This document shows positions 49,201 to 63,776 of a stretch of 64,000 nt of DNA, in pieces. The notes beneath the pieces are model-generated. The model was not told the DNA's origin, did not search any database, and saw nothing but the letters and a program-made list of their open reading frames with translations. The position numbers and the translations under genes were made by a program. Position 1 is the stretch's first letter; every line of letters begins with the position of its first letter. This stretch comes from Sphaerodactylus townsendi (taxonomy: Eukaryota), in contig NC_059428.1 of NCBI RefSeq assembly GCF_021028975.2, forward strand, positions 149,544,001 through 149,608,000. The letters run 5' to 3'.

Positions 49201-52200
49201 GCCTTGCCAGCTGGATCCCAGCCTCCTCCTGAAGCAGCAGCAGCAGCAGCTCCAACCACCCGCCTTGAAAGCCTTTCTGGAGAGCGAGCTGCAGAAAGGG
49301 CCAACACAGAGCAGTCCCTTCGGCAACTTCCCTCTCGGTAGGTCTGGACTCAGCAGCTGCCAATGAAGACCTGGTACAACGGCTCTGTCCTGCCGGGCAG
49401 CCTGGAAGGGGTGTCTGATCCAGCTGGTCCCGGGTGACGTCACCCTCTCCTCTGTTGCAGGGCTGAACTCCAATTTGAATGTAAACGTGGACCTGGGCAG
49501 TATTAAAGAGCCACAGTCTCGGCTGAGGAAGTGGACGACGGTGGACAGTGTGGCTGCAAACGCCTCGCTGGATCAAAATGTCAGCAAAAATGGTAGGACC
49601 TTTTTCTACATCACCTTGCTCAGGTGCATTCAGGGGGCCACAACTGGCTAGAAACACCAAGGGGCCCAGTCACAAGGAAGGGTAAAAAAATACGAGCATC
49701 ACAGAGCGAATAAGAACAAAGGGGGAGTCGGAAAGGCCGGCAAGATGGAAGCATTCGCTGCCCTTCACCGTCCACCTGATGGAACAACCCGAGTCTTGAA
49801 GCCCCTGCAGAACTCCCTCAGGTCTCCCTTGAAAGAGAGTTCCACTAGGCCGGGACCAGAGCCTTTGCTCAAGGACAGCCAGATAGCTTTAGGGCCAGGG
49901 ACCACCAATAAGTTACCCCTGTTGGACGAAGCACTCTATGATGGGGAGGGTGGTATATTGAGAGAGGCAGCCCCACAGGTATGAAGGGCCTGGACTCTAA
50001 GGGCTGTGAGGGTTGACACGCAAACTTGGAACCTGATTTGGACCTCTGCCTGGTCAGCTGGTCAAATGTGTGCCCACCATGAGCCCCCTTCCCCCCCCCC
50101 AAAAGGACCTACGCGACCACATTCTGGCCCAGCTGGAGTTTCTTCAGGAGTCTGGAGTCCCGTGGGAAGAGGGCCCATTGCCCGGAAGCAGGGAGGGTCC
50201 TGGGAGGACGGGATTGGGTAGAGCTGCCTTCAGGGGTTCCAGCGGCTGTCCTCCTTGCCCCCCCTCCTCCCCAGGTGCTATTTCAGGCGGCTTCAGGTTG
50301 GAGGAAGCGCTGTTTGGCCCCTACGACTTCATGAGCAGCAGTCATTCGCCAGCCAGTCCTCCAGGCTCCATTGGGGACGGCTGGCCACGTGCCAAATCGC
50401 CACCCAACAGTTCTAGCAGTGTCACCTGGCCCCCAGGTGAGCTCCTGCTAGGGCTTCTCTGAGGGTGGGGGGACAGAGCGGGAGCGGCAGTTTTCTGGCA
50501 GGGGTGGGGCCGCTAGCAGCACAGCTCAGCAGTGGCTGGCACTGCCTGGCGGAGGGCCTTCTCCAGAGGGAGAGCCCCGTGGGCCACGTCAGGCTGCTTG
50601 GAAGTGGTGGCCCGTGCGCAGCTTCAAACTGCCCCTGACGCCCAGCCCAGAACGGCGGTCTAGGGGGATGTCACGGGCTGGGATCCCATGACTGCTCCAC
50701 CGGACCCTGCAGGCTTAGGATTTCCTTCTGTGTCGTAGCCCGATCCAGCTCATGCGACTATAGGAACGTGCCCGCCCCCTCCAGGGAACCGGGCAGGGTT
50801 ATCCGTCATGCCATCAGGTCCGAGTCAGGTCAAAACCAGACTGGCGCTGACCCAGTTCTTCTGGTTCTGACCCTGTGGGTCATTCTAGAGTTCCGCCCTG
50901 GCGAGCCCTGGCAAGGTTACCCGAACATCGACCCTGAAACCGACCCCTTCGTCACACCTGGCAGCGTCACAAACAATCTGTCGATTAACACTGTGAGGGA
51001 GGTTGACCACCTCAGGGACAGGAGCACCGGTACGGTCTGGAGGGGCAGCCAAGGGGAGGGGCCGGGCAGGGTGCGGCTGGGGGCCGAGGGGCACATCCCT
51101 GCCACAAGGGCCTTTGCTTGCTCTGGCCGAAGGGGGGCGGCCCGAAGCTGAGCCATTGGCAGGCCCAGCCTCGGCTCCCTTGCTGGCCACAGCCGAGGGA
51201 GAGCAGCCTGCCTTCTTCATCGGGGCTGTCCTTTCCCCAGCAGGGTCATCCTCATCTCTGAACACCGCGCTGCCTTCGACTAGTGCCTGGTCCTCCGTTC
51301 GTGCCTCCAACTTCAATGTTTCCCTCAGCAGTACAGCACAAAGCACTTCAGGTGAGGGCCTGGGGCCCAGGCTGGGGGCGGCAGCCCTTCCCCCGAGCTG
51401 CCCTGGCTGCCGCCGGCTTCTGCTTTCCCAGCCGTGCTCACCGTCCGGCCTGTGTCTCGCCTTCTCCCCCCGTCCCCCACCCTCAGCCAGAAACAGTGAC
51501 TCCAAATCCACTTGGTCTCCGGCTTCCATGAACAACACCTCTCTGGCTCATGAGCTGTGGAAGGTCCCCCTGCCTGCCAAGGGCGGCGTCCCTGGCCCCA
51601 CACGGCCCCCTCCAGGGCTGACTGGCCAGAAATTCCCGCTGTCCACCTGGGACCACTCCCTGCGGTTGGGGGGCGGCTGGAGCACTTCCGAGGCCAGATA
51701 TACCCCTGGTAAGAGCTTCCTTTGACCTTGTCCCACCTGCTGCTTGGTTGTGGTGGGGGTTGCGGGGTGGGGGGGGGAGGATTGTGGCTGCTGTTGGCCC
51801 TGCATTTCTGAGCATCACAAATGCACAGAGCCTCAGAGCCGGCACCCTGACTCTGCAAGGGGAGGTCTGGGGTGTTCTGCTTTGAGGCGGCTCCCTTGAA
51901 GGGTGGGAAGAATTTGCCTCCGTGGTGTGGAGGGGAGTCTGCCGTGGTGTGTCTCTGCACGTCTGCCAGTCCCAGAGGAGGCCAGCTGGGTCTGTGTGGG
52001 ACGAAAGAGGCTCCAACGCCCACGTGATCGGTCTCTTGTAGGTTCCCACTGGGCTGAGAGCAACTCAGGGAGACTAACCAGCTGCTGTCTCATCCTGAAG
52101 AACCTCACGCCGCAGGTGAGTGGGGTGCTGCCCCCCCCCCCCCCGAGGCTCCTCGGGCCCCCTTCCCCGCCCCACACATGTGTCACGCTCTGTGTGGTTC

Positions 52201-53226
52201 CTTCTGCAGATCGACGGCTCCACTCTGCGGACACTGTGCATGCAGCACGGGCCTCTGACCACCTTCCACCTGAACCTGCCACATGGCAACGCCTTGGTCC
52301 GCTACAGTTCAAAAGAAGAGGTAGTGAAGGCACAGAAATCTCTTCACATGTGAGTATGGGGTGCAAGAGGGAGGGGTGGTGCAGGGAGGAGTCCGGCTGA
52401 AGCGGGGGTCCCGGCGGCTGCGCAGGGGCTGGCAAGGGGGTCTGCCTGTCCTTCACTCCCTGGCTGCAGGGAAGCAGGAGAGGCCGTAGTTGGGAAATGT
52501 AAACACACGCGGGGTTTCAAGACGTCGCTGTCCCCCCCTCCCCCCCGCCTCTCTGTTGAGCCCACTCACTGGTGGAGTGAGGTGTCAATCTCTGGGCAAA
52601 CCCACTGGAGGGGGTAGACAGCAGGAGTGACAGGCCCAAGGCTGACCCTGTGAAGCATTGGGGGAAGGGGTCTTTCAAGCTCTCACTAGTGCTGCCCTGG
52701 GTGCTGTGGCGAGACGGGGTCGAGGACCCTGAGGGCAGGTGGTGGAGCGTGTGGGGCCCCCCCCTCAGGTGGCGACCCTCCTGACCCCTTCTGACCCTTC
52801 TCTTCCCCCTCCCCCCTCAGGTGTGTCTTGGGGAACACTACAATCCTCGCCGAGTTTGCCAGTGAAGAGGAGATCAGCCGCTTCTTTGCACAAGGCCAGT
52901 CTCTGACCCCCTCCCCCTCCTGGCAGTCCCTGGGCCCCGGCCAGAGCCGGCAGGGGTCTGTGGACGGCCCCCACGCCTTCCCGAACCGCAGCGACCCCAG
53001 TCACCACTGGAACGGTTCTGGGCTGCCGGGAGCCGGCGGTGGGGAGCTCCCGGGCGCGTCCCTCTGGAGCGGCCCCAACTATTCCACCAGCCTGTGGGGC
53101 TCCCTGGGCAGCAGCGACGGCCGGGGGCTTGGCGGCCCCTCCCCGCTCAATGCATTCCTCTCTGTCGACCACCTGGGGGCGCGGGGGGGCAGCCCATGTA
53201 ACCCTCTGTCCTCCTTCAGCGAATGA
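36544..53226 (+). CDS. TNRC6A: GW182/TNRC6A. Exons: 36513-36603 (ATG 36544), 37023-37044, 38260-38628, 40021-40068 (cassette), 41370-43875, 44404-44568, ~44756-44954, 45405-~45497, 45749-45801, 46236-46382, 47126-47275, 47870-48004, 48331-48459, 48548-48625, 49178-49337, 49461-49592, 50275-50436, 50889-51029, 51244-51351, 51487-51708, 52042-52115, 52210-52349, 52821-53226. Several frameshifts at 43.4-46.4 kb
   Basis: [21 protein letters not shown]; GW/WG-rich Ago-binding region with [19 protein letters not shown] and [10 protein letters not shown]; [10 protein letters not shown]; PAM2 [12 protein letters not shown]; [26 protein letters not shown]; C-terminal NAFLSVDHL matches paralog A. Confidence 0.92.
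37208..37250. repeat. (CA)n microsatellite directly abutting the 34-nt complementary element
   Basis: Direct inspection. Confidence 0.95.
37251..37284 (+). promoter_or_regulatory. Intronic element perfectly complementary to the micro-exon/5' splice site at 40047-40080
   Basis: CGTTTGCATCACCTGACTGGTTAGGGGAGTGGCT is the exact reverse complement of AGCCACTCCCCTAACCAGTCAG|GTGATGCAAACG; regulatory function is inferred. Confidence 0.65.
38851..38980. mobile_element. Palindromic hAT-type MITE (partial copies at ~20370-20439 and ~31358-31445)
   Basis: Foldback CAGGGGTCTGCAACCTGCGGCTCTCCAGATGTTCATGGACTACAATTCCCATC and its reverse complement; 8-bp TSD CCATAACC/CAATAACC. Confidence 0.8.
46597..46797 (+). 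mobile_element. Intact SPIN/URR1-like hAT MITE in TNRC6A intron
   Basis: TIRs CAGCGGTTCTCAACCT / AGATTGAGAACCACTG; perfect TSD ATTTTACT. Confidence 0.88.
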
Positions 53227-54772
53227 AACTGTGACCTCGGAAGCTGTGAGGAAGCAGCACTAGAAGTTCGACTCCCCGTTCACCCCCCTGCATCCTTTGG
53301 CGGGCGGTGGGGGGGGGGGATCACCTGTGGAAGCAGTTACTTTTGTGCACATCCCCCCGTCCCCGTGTATTTACCCCCAACGTGCCAGTTTGAATACTTG
53401 AATCATGCAGGCCAAGTTTATAATGTGAAAAAAGTGATGGAAAGTGATGGGTGGGACCCCCCCCCCGAGGGCTTCTGTCCCTTTGAGAAGCCTCCCCAGA
53501 GCCCGCTCGCTCGGTGCCTGTGTGTGTCTCTGTTTTAGTTCTCCTTTGGACTGGCTCTTGTCGTGCGTGTGCTGATCATGTGGGCGTTAGATCCTCCATC
53601 GCCCCACACAGACCTATCTGGCCTGCTTTGTGCCTGGCAGGGGTGGCTGTTGACCTGCAGCGTTCCCTGGCAGGGGGCTCCATGGTGCCTTGATGCCCCC
53701 CCCTCCCCAGCCAGAATTGAGCACCAAACCAAGGAGGAAGAGGGAGGGCAAAGCTCGGCTCCAGGAGAGTCTGGCGGAGCAGCATGGGAACCACACGGCA
53801 CAGTGTGCGGCTGAGGCGTGCGGCCCGGCCCGGCCCGGCGTCCTGGGCGGGTTCTGCACTTTCCATAGGCTTCTAGGTTTTTTAATTTTTTTGTGGCGGG
53901 GGGAGGGGGAGGGAAAGGGCTCCTGTGCTGGGGCACTGCCTTGTTTACAGAAATTGTGTGTCATCCTTTTTTTGAGAAACAATGTTTACTCTTCCATCCT
54001 TTAAAAATATATTTTTAAAAAACCACCAACAGAAGCAGGACAGATCCAGATGCTTTGCTCTCTCTTTCCCGCTCTCTCTCTGGGAATCCCGAGTAGTTTT
54101 TGGCTGCCACGTTGTGTGCGTGTGTGCGTATATCTTCCCTCCCGACTCACAGAGCGTGGCTCTCAGGAAAACCAAGGTCCTTTGTACAACTCTGTAGTTC
54201 CTTATAGGAAAATAACGTTTAGCACTGATCTTACGACTTACTCGGTGAAACTTTCTTCTGCCAAAAATTGCATCAAATTGCTGGACTCGGCCTGCTGGAG
54301 GTGAGGTGGGGGTGGGGTGGGCGTAGCCTCTGAATTTCTTCATTCCTCCCTCCCCCAACCCCACCCTTGTGAGTGTGTTCAGTGTTTAACCTTCAAGCCG
54401 AACTGAGTAACTATGCAGACTATAACTGAGGCCCTGGGCTTACAAAAAATTTCTTGTAATTTTAAATGTTTAAAAAGTCCTTGCAACTGCTTTTCTTGTG
54501 AAAGTGTTAAAATCATCATCCCCCCCCCCCTTCTGCCACAAATGGTATTATATTACTTGTTGCTTGTTTAGCCGGGAAGACGGAAGAAAGACTAAACAAG
54601 GATAAAAAAATGTTAACTGTGCTGACAAATTCATTTCATTGCCTTGATTCTTAGCTGTTGTGTCTGAAGATGCTAAAGAAGTCAGTGGCTTTTTAACTGT
54701 TTACAAACAGGGGTGATTGTAAAATGTACAGTCGGGTTTTGTGTTTGGAATTATGAAGTTTCTCCAGCTATT

Positions 54773-54778
54773 AATAAA
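54773..54778 (+). terminator. TNRC6A polyadenylation signal AATAAA
   Basis: Ends a ~1.55-kb AU-rich 3' UTR. Confidence 0.6.
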
Positions 54779-54868
54779 TTGTGACACTCTGGGCTGCTTA
54801 CCATAGAACTGCCGCCTGCACCTGTGTGATTTTGTTTTTGCTATGCAAGTCCCTTCTGGTGACAACAG

Positions 54869-55172
54869 GAGAACCAGCGTGGCGCAGTGGTTAAGAGCAG
54901 GTGCACTCTAATCTGGAGAACTGGGTTTAATTCACTGCTCTTCCTCTTGAGCTGTGGAGACTTATCTGGTGATCCAGATTAATTTGTGCACTCCAACACA
55001 CACCAGCTGGGTGACCTTGGGCTAGCCACAGCTCTTTGGAGCTCTCTCAGCCCCACCCACCTCCACAGGGTGTTTGTTGTGGGAGGGGAGAAGGGAAAGG
55101 AGATTGCAAACCTCTTTGAGTCTCCTTACTGGAGAGGAAGGGGGATATAAATCCAACTGTTCTTCTCTTTCT
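54869..55172 (+). mobile_element. Squam3-like SINE
   Basis: Full head-body-tail, similar to 6841-7134. Confidence 0.87.
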
Positions 55173-56329
55173 TGACAGGTAGCAACTCTGCGCATGTCCT
55201 TTTGCAGTCTTTGCTTGCTGGGTGTGGCCCTGCCTTCTCTTGCCGCCCAGCCCTGTCCTGGATGGTCCAGGCTGGCCTGATCTGGTCAGAGCTCAGGTGC
55301 AGGGAGGGTCAGCCCTGGGCGGCCGGTGGCCAGAGGACTCCTGCAGCATCACTGCGCAGAGACAGGCGGTGGCAGACCCATTCGGTTTTGTTCCTTGAAA
55401 GGCTGCAACTTGGCAGGAAAAAGAAAAAGCAGAAAAGAAAAAGCTGGGGCACTTTTGCCTGGTTCCCTCCCCCGCTCCTTGTTTGTCTTGCTTATCTTGC
55501 CTTTCACCGCAGCAAGGACCCAAGCGCCTTCCCTCTCATCCTGACGACGACAACAACCCTGTGCAGTAGGTTGGCTGAGAGTGTGTAGCTGGTCCCAGGT
55601 CTCCCAGAAAGCCTCCATGGCAGAGTAGGGGGTTTGAACCTGGCTTTCCCGGCCCTCGCCAGTCCCTTTCACCACAAAACCTCTTCTGGGTGCCTGACCA
55701 TGGGCTGGTGGCAGTGCTTGTGCTGTGCAGGCAAAGGGCTCCGCTGGATGGGCTCCGTGGGCCTGCTGGAGACAGACACTTGTCTGGCTTTCCCCTGGAG
55801 AACTGCACCAACCCCCCCCGAGTGCTGGAAGCCTCTCAGACTTTTGAGTCCAAGCTGCCTCTTCATCAGGGCTGGGGTCCAAGCCCCTAAAGGCCCCCAT
55901 TCCAGTCACACCATTACTACTGTTGCTGAGCCAGTAGATGCTGCCGATATGCTGAAAGCACCAGGGATATGGCAGCCAAGAAACCCAAACACAGTTAATA
56001 AAATAGATCTCAGGTGCTCCTGACTTCCAGGCACTGGAATCCAGGCCAGGGAGCAAAGAGAGGAAGGGATGGGGGAGCTGAGATGCCCCCCTCTTCCCCA
56101 TGCCCACCCCCCAAGAGATGGCACAGATGACCCCTGACCCCCATCCCGGGCTGCTCACTTTTGCATTGATGCGGGCCTCAAGACCCCAGCAAAGGGGTTC
56201 CCAGCAAAGTCAGCCATCACGGATTGGGGGAAACCACAGTGCCCGTTGATTTTCATGGGATCCACTGACAGCAGCAGCCCCTGTGGAGAGTGGGTGCTGA
56301 CAGCCCGGGATCGCACCGCTCTGACCTTC

Positions 56330-59300
56330 GCACGAGACCGCAAGTGAAGGTTATGGCGGGGTTCCGCTAACTTCCCGAGCCTCTTTGGCCTGGCAGCCCG
56401 CTTGGACGATGGAGCCGAGAGCCCAGGAGGGCCTTTCTCGGGCACCGCCTTCGCACGAGGCCGCACGTCGAGGTTTGTGGCGTGTCTGAGCCTCTTTGGC
56501 CCAGGAGCCCCTTTGACGAGGGGAGCCTCGCGCTTTTCAAGGCGCCGCCTTCGCACGAGACGGCAGATGGAGATTGTGGGGGGCTCCTCCAACTTCCCGA
56601 GCCTCTTTGACCTGCCAGCCCCTTTGGACAATGGAGCCTAGAACGGCATTTCCCAGACGCCGCCTGCGCACGAGGCTGCACGTCGAGGTTGTGGCTTGTC
56701 GGAGACTCTTTGGGCAGGGGAGCCTCTGGGGACGCTGCTGCTGCTGCTGCCCTCCGGTGGCCAAAGCCGTAAACTACAAGCGCGTCCAGGCCTCTGGGCG
56801 CCGCTCCGCAAAGGGGCGTTGGGTCGTCCCTGGACCTAAAAATGTATGAATGAAATTGTGAAGGATTGGCCAGACGGCGTTACGATGGGAATTAGCGTTA
56901 CAACGATGGATTACAAAGGCCGCCCTAGGGGCTCTCGGCGCCATTAATGCGTTTAACTTGCTCATGCCGTTGTTAACTGACCAATCTTGGCTCCCCGGCT
57001 TCAGAGAGCGTTACAACGATGAGCGTTACAACGACAATGGCGCCGAGAGCCCCTAGGGCGGCCTTTCTCGAGCGTTAGCGCTCTCGCTCTCTGGCAGCGT
57101 TAGCACGCTCTCGGGGAGCCCTCCACAGCGGCTCCCCTTCCCAAAGAGGCACATTATAGCAACTATAACCTGAGAAATGCCGTGTGGGAGGGGTGGGTGG
57201 GTTGTTGCGCTTGTAATTCACACCTTTGGCCACCGGAGGGCAGCGGCAGCAGCGGCCCCAGCGGCCCCCCTGCCCAAAGAGGCTCGGACACGCCACAACT
57301 TCGACGTGGGGCCTCGGCTCCTTAGTCCGAAGGGGCTGCCAGCTCAAAGAGGCTCAGGAAGTTAGCGGAATCCCCCCATAACATCCACGTGCGGTCTCGT
57401 GCGAAGGCGGCAGTCAGGGGAGGGATGGGGGGGGGGGGGCTCTCCCAAGCACTGTGGGGCAGATTCTCCTCAGCTGCGCACCCGATCAAGACGGGGGAGG
57501 GGGGTCCCAGGGAAGCCAGGCCAAGTTGGGGGCGGGGGCGTTTGAAGCCAATGACGGGAACCCCCTCCCTCCCCGTTGCCTCTGGGGTGACGAGTCCCGA
57601 GAAAGCACGCCGATTGGGCCGCCGCCCTTCCTCCTCCCCCTCCTGCCGGTGAGCGAAGTGGCCGGCGGGGAGAAGGAGGAGGGGGCCCTTCTGAAAGGTT
57701 GGCTGCGGCTGCTGCTGCTGCTGGGTCGTTGTCGTCGGTGGGGGGATTCTAGCCGCCCTCCCTCTCGCCCTCGTGGACGGGGGAAAGGGGCTGTCAGTGG
57801 CAGGGGCGTAACGAGGCAAACTGGAGCCCTGGGCAAAACCTGAGTTAGATCCCATGGGCGGCCACCCCACCAGGACCAAAAATTTATTTTTTTTTACACC
57901 AGGTCATTGGTGCCTGCAGGGGGTGTATTTTTAGACATATCAACACCAACATTTCAACATATCATCAGGAGACTGTCCTGACGCTACCCCTCAAGTTTGG
58001 TGCAGTTTGATTCGGGGGGGGGGGGGGCAAAGTTATGGACCCTTAAGAGGGTAGCCCTCATCTCCTTAGTTCGCATTGGAAAGAATGGGGGATGGGAGCA
58101 CTCCTTTGAGGGTCCATAACTGGGTCCATAACTTTGCCCCCCCTGACCCAAACTGCACCAAACCTGGGGGGTATCATCAGGGCAGTCTCCTGATGAGACC
58201 CTGAAACTTTTGAGACTGTGCCTTCAGAAATGTCCCCCCCCCCCCCCGGCCTGCATCCCGCATTGACAGCAATGCAGAAAACTCAATGCAGAACAAAGAT
58301 TCTTGGGCAAATTTCTGGGATGTTCCTGCAGGGGGCGTATTTCTGGGATGTTCCTGCAGGGGGGCGTATTTTTGACATATCAGAGCCAAAATTTCAGGGT
58401 ATCATCTGGAGACTGTCCTGACACTACCCCTCAAGTTTGGTGCAATTTGGTTCAGGTGGGCCAAAGTTATGGACCCTCAAAAGGGTAGCCCCCATCTCCT
58501 TAGCTCCCCTGACCCAAACTGCACGAAACCTGGGGGGTATCATCAGGACAATCTCCTGATGATACCCTGAAATTTTGGTGCCGATTCGTCCAAAAATGCA
58601 CCCCCTGCAGGCCAAAATGTGAAAAAACAACAAAAAATAAAAACGGATTGCTCACATGCTCCCATGTGACTCAAAATTCCGATGCCGTGGGCAGTGGCCC
58701 AAACTGCCCAATGGATGTTACACCTCTGTTTGCGCCAAAGAGGCCCTGACACTATGCAACCTCGACGTGCGGCGGCGGCGCCCGAGATAGGCCGTTCTAG
58801 GCTCTCGGCTACAAAGAGGCTCGGGAAGTTAGCGGGGTCCCCCACAGCCTCCACCTGCGGTATTGTGCGACGGCGGCACCCTCAGAAGCGCATCCCGGGG
58901 CCTTGGTTCCCCTCTCCAAAGGGGCTTCTCGGGGCGCCGCCTTCTCACGGGACCACAGGTGGAGGTTGCGTAGTGTCAGAGCCTTTTTGGCCCAGAAACC
59001 CCTCTGCAGAGCGGCGCCGAGAGCCAGGGATGGAAATTAATGCCCACAATTGTTGTAGACCGGAAGCGTCACACAGAATCTTTTCCCCCCATTATGCAGT
59101 CTTTATGGTATGGCGGGTTTGACGCACAAGCAGCCCCGTGACACGAACCGGCCAATCGGCTCTGCCAGCACCTGACCCTATGGACACACAGGTGAGCTTG
59201 TTCTGCTGCCCCGCCCTCCTCCCAGCTTCTCCTTTCTGATTGGACAGCCTGGATCGACCGAAAAAGCGGAAGGGGGGAGGAGTTCCCAAGAGCGCCGGCC

Positions 59301-59480
59301 AATCGCTACCCAGGGGTGGAAGGCGGAAGGAACGCCGCCCTCGTGGCAAGTGGAGGGGCTCCCGAGGTGCTGTCGGATGCTTGTGTGGAGGGGCGGGCTG
59401 TCCTCCTGGGTCCAGCGGCAGACCCTTGGCCCGTGGGGGGCCACCAGAAGGAGGGCCGGGGGAGGCGGGTATTTAATTGC
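56330..59480. repeat. Composite CpG-rich element with direct and inverted repeats (probable non-autonomous DNA transposon or foldback complex)
   Basis: Recurrent CTTCGCACGAG and TTCCCGAGCCTCTTTG motifs in both orientations; 31-bp perfect IR at 56915-56945/57036-57066; two foldback modules at 57912-58256 and 58353-58611. Confidence 0.55.
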
Positions 59481-59483
59481 TAC

Positions 59484-59485
<2 letters not shown>

Positions 59486-59541
<56 letters not shown>
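59486..59541. repeat. (ATT)n microsatellite
   Basis: Direct inspection. Confidence 0.97.
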
Positions 59542-60324
59542 GACAAAAACAACAAACACATTGTATCACAACCGCCAGATCACTGGTTGGTGTTGGCCTT
59601 CTGTCCGCTTCGAGTTCCACCCTGAAACTTAGGAAAACATCACGTATCGGCATGAAATGTTTGCAGAGCCGAGTAGAGCAGCTTTCTGCATTTGGCAAAC
59701 AGTGATTTTATTGATGTTAAGTTGTTGCAAGTATTATTTTTACTGTTGTTGTTGTTATTATACAGCTAGTGTGGTGGGTAAGAGAAAGTGAATTATAATT
59801 TGGAAAACTGGGTTTGGTTCCCCATTCCCGCTGGGCGATCCTGGGCCAATCACAGTTCTCTCAGAACTCTCTCAGCCCCAGCAACCTCACACTTCAGGGG
59901 CAGCCTACGGTTCCCGGCCTGTCCTCAACCTCCAATGAGAACAAATGAGCGTGGTTTGCACTAGACATACCTCACCCACCAGCCCCCTGTCCACACTGCA
60001 CCGGCTCTCCCAAAACGTGCTCATGCACCACACAGGGGTCCATCCTAGAACATCGATGCCATCTCCCTTGCGTATCCCATCAGGCCAAAACCCAAATCTT
60101 CAGGCAAAATTGCCTCTTGGGCCCAACGTCTCTCCAGCCACACGGCAGGTGTCGATGGTGACAGAAGCTAGGATGGCCCTCCTCGGCACCCTCTCCCGTC
60201 CCTTGGCAAGTCTGGCCCGCCCACTGCAACCTTCTATACGAAGGGAGCTCCGGCGGATCCCTCGCTTGCCCCCTCGACAGATGCCAGCTAAGAACTCAGG
60301 CACATTTCAAAGAATGATCCGGTT

Positions 60325-60330
60325 TTTATT
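60325..60330 (-). terminator. TRAF7 polyadenylation signal (AATAAA on minus)
   Basis: TTTATT ~600 nt downstream of the stop, next to an AU-rich block. Confidence 0.65.
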
Positions 60331-60935
60331 GTCAAGGAAGAAAAAAACCCCAAATCTATATCACAATTTTAAAAACTGTAGAAAATGTCATTACAAACAC
60401 AAATGGCGGGCTTCCCTCCCTGTATTTGCACTGGAGAGCCCACTGTAACATGATTCTGTGTGCAGACAGCCTTGCAGTACCTGTGGTGGTGGAGGAATCG
60501 TACCTGCTTACCATGAGGAGGGTGGGAGGTAGGGGTGGGGGGGCTGGTCTCCCCTTTCAGCACTGGGCTGAAAGCAGATAGACAAAGAGAGGACCCAAAC
60601 AGAGCCGGGCTCCGGCACTGGATTTGCAGTGCTTCGCTTTGGCGGCCCTTAAGCTGCCCTGTCCAATCCCAATTCAGCCTGTTGGTTCCCTCCAACAACC
60701 TCAGAGATATGGGAGTCACCGTCACAGTCAAGATGCTGGCAGACGAGGACATCAACCATCCTGCCACACCACCACGGGCCAAGCAAGTGGCGTGAAGGCA
60801 GTCGTCTGAGGTATTTGGGTGCGGTGGCACTGTCTCTCAGGTGGCTTCAGAGATAGGAAGAAGAGCGTGTCAAGTGAGAGCCGGTGGGGGGAAATATTTG
60901 GTAGTCCAGCGTCTCGGCACGGGTGCCGGCATCTG

Positions 60936-63537
<2,602 letters not shown>

Positions 63538-63776
63538 TCAACATGGGTGCGAAGCCCTCTGTCACAACCCTCTGTTCAAAGGCGGGAGGAGGTGTGCACA
63601 AGTGACCCCGACCGTCAAGTCACAGCACAGCACCCCTTTGCACGCTGCAGAGGAATGACTGCACCTGTCTCACGTTGGCTCAAACTGCCCTACAGGGGAG
63701 ATACAGACCTTTTCCTTCATCTCTCAAAATACCAGAACTTGACAGGTGACCCAGTGAAATTGACAGTCGGAAAAAT

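Noticed and set aside
36544-53226. Annotating TNRC6A as a pseudogene
   Set aside because: Lesions are concentrated in one block or in homopolymers while other exons and splice sites are well conserved; assembly error is more parsimonious
59316-59625. Poly-Ile / poly-Tyr ORFs
   Set aside because: Translations of the (ATT)n microsatellite
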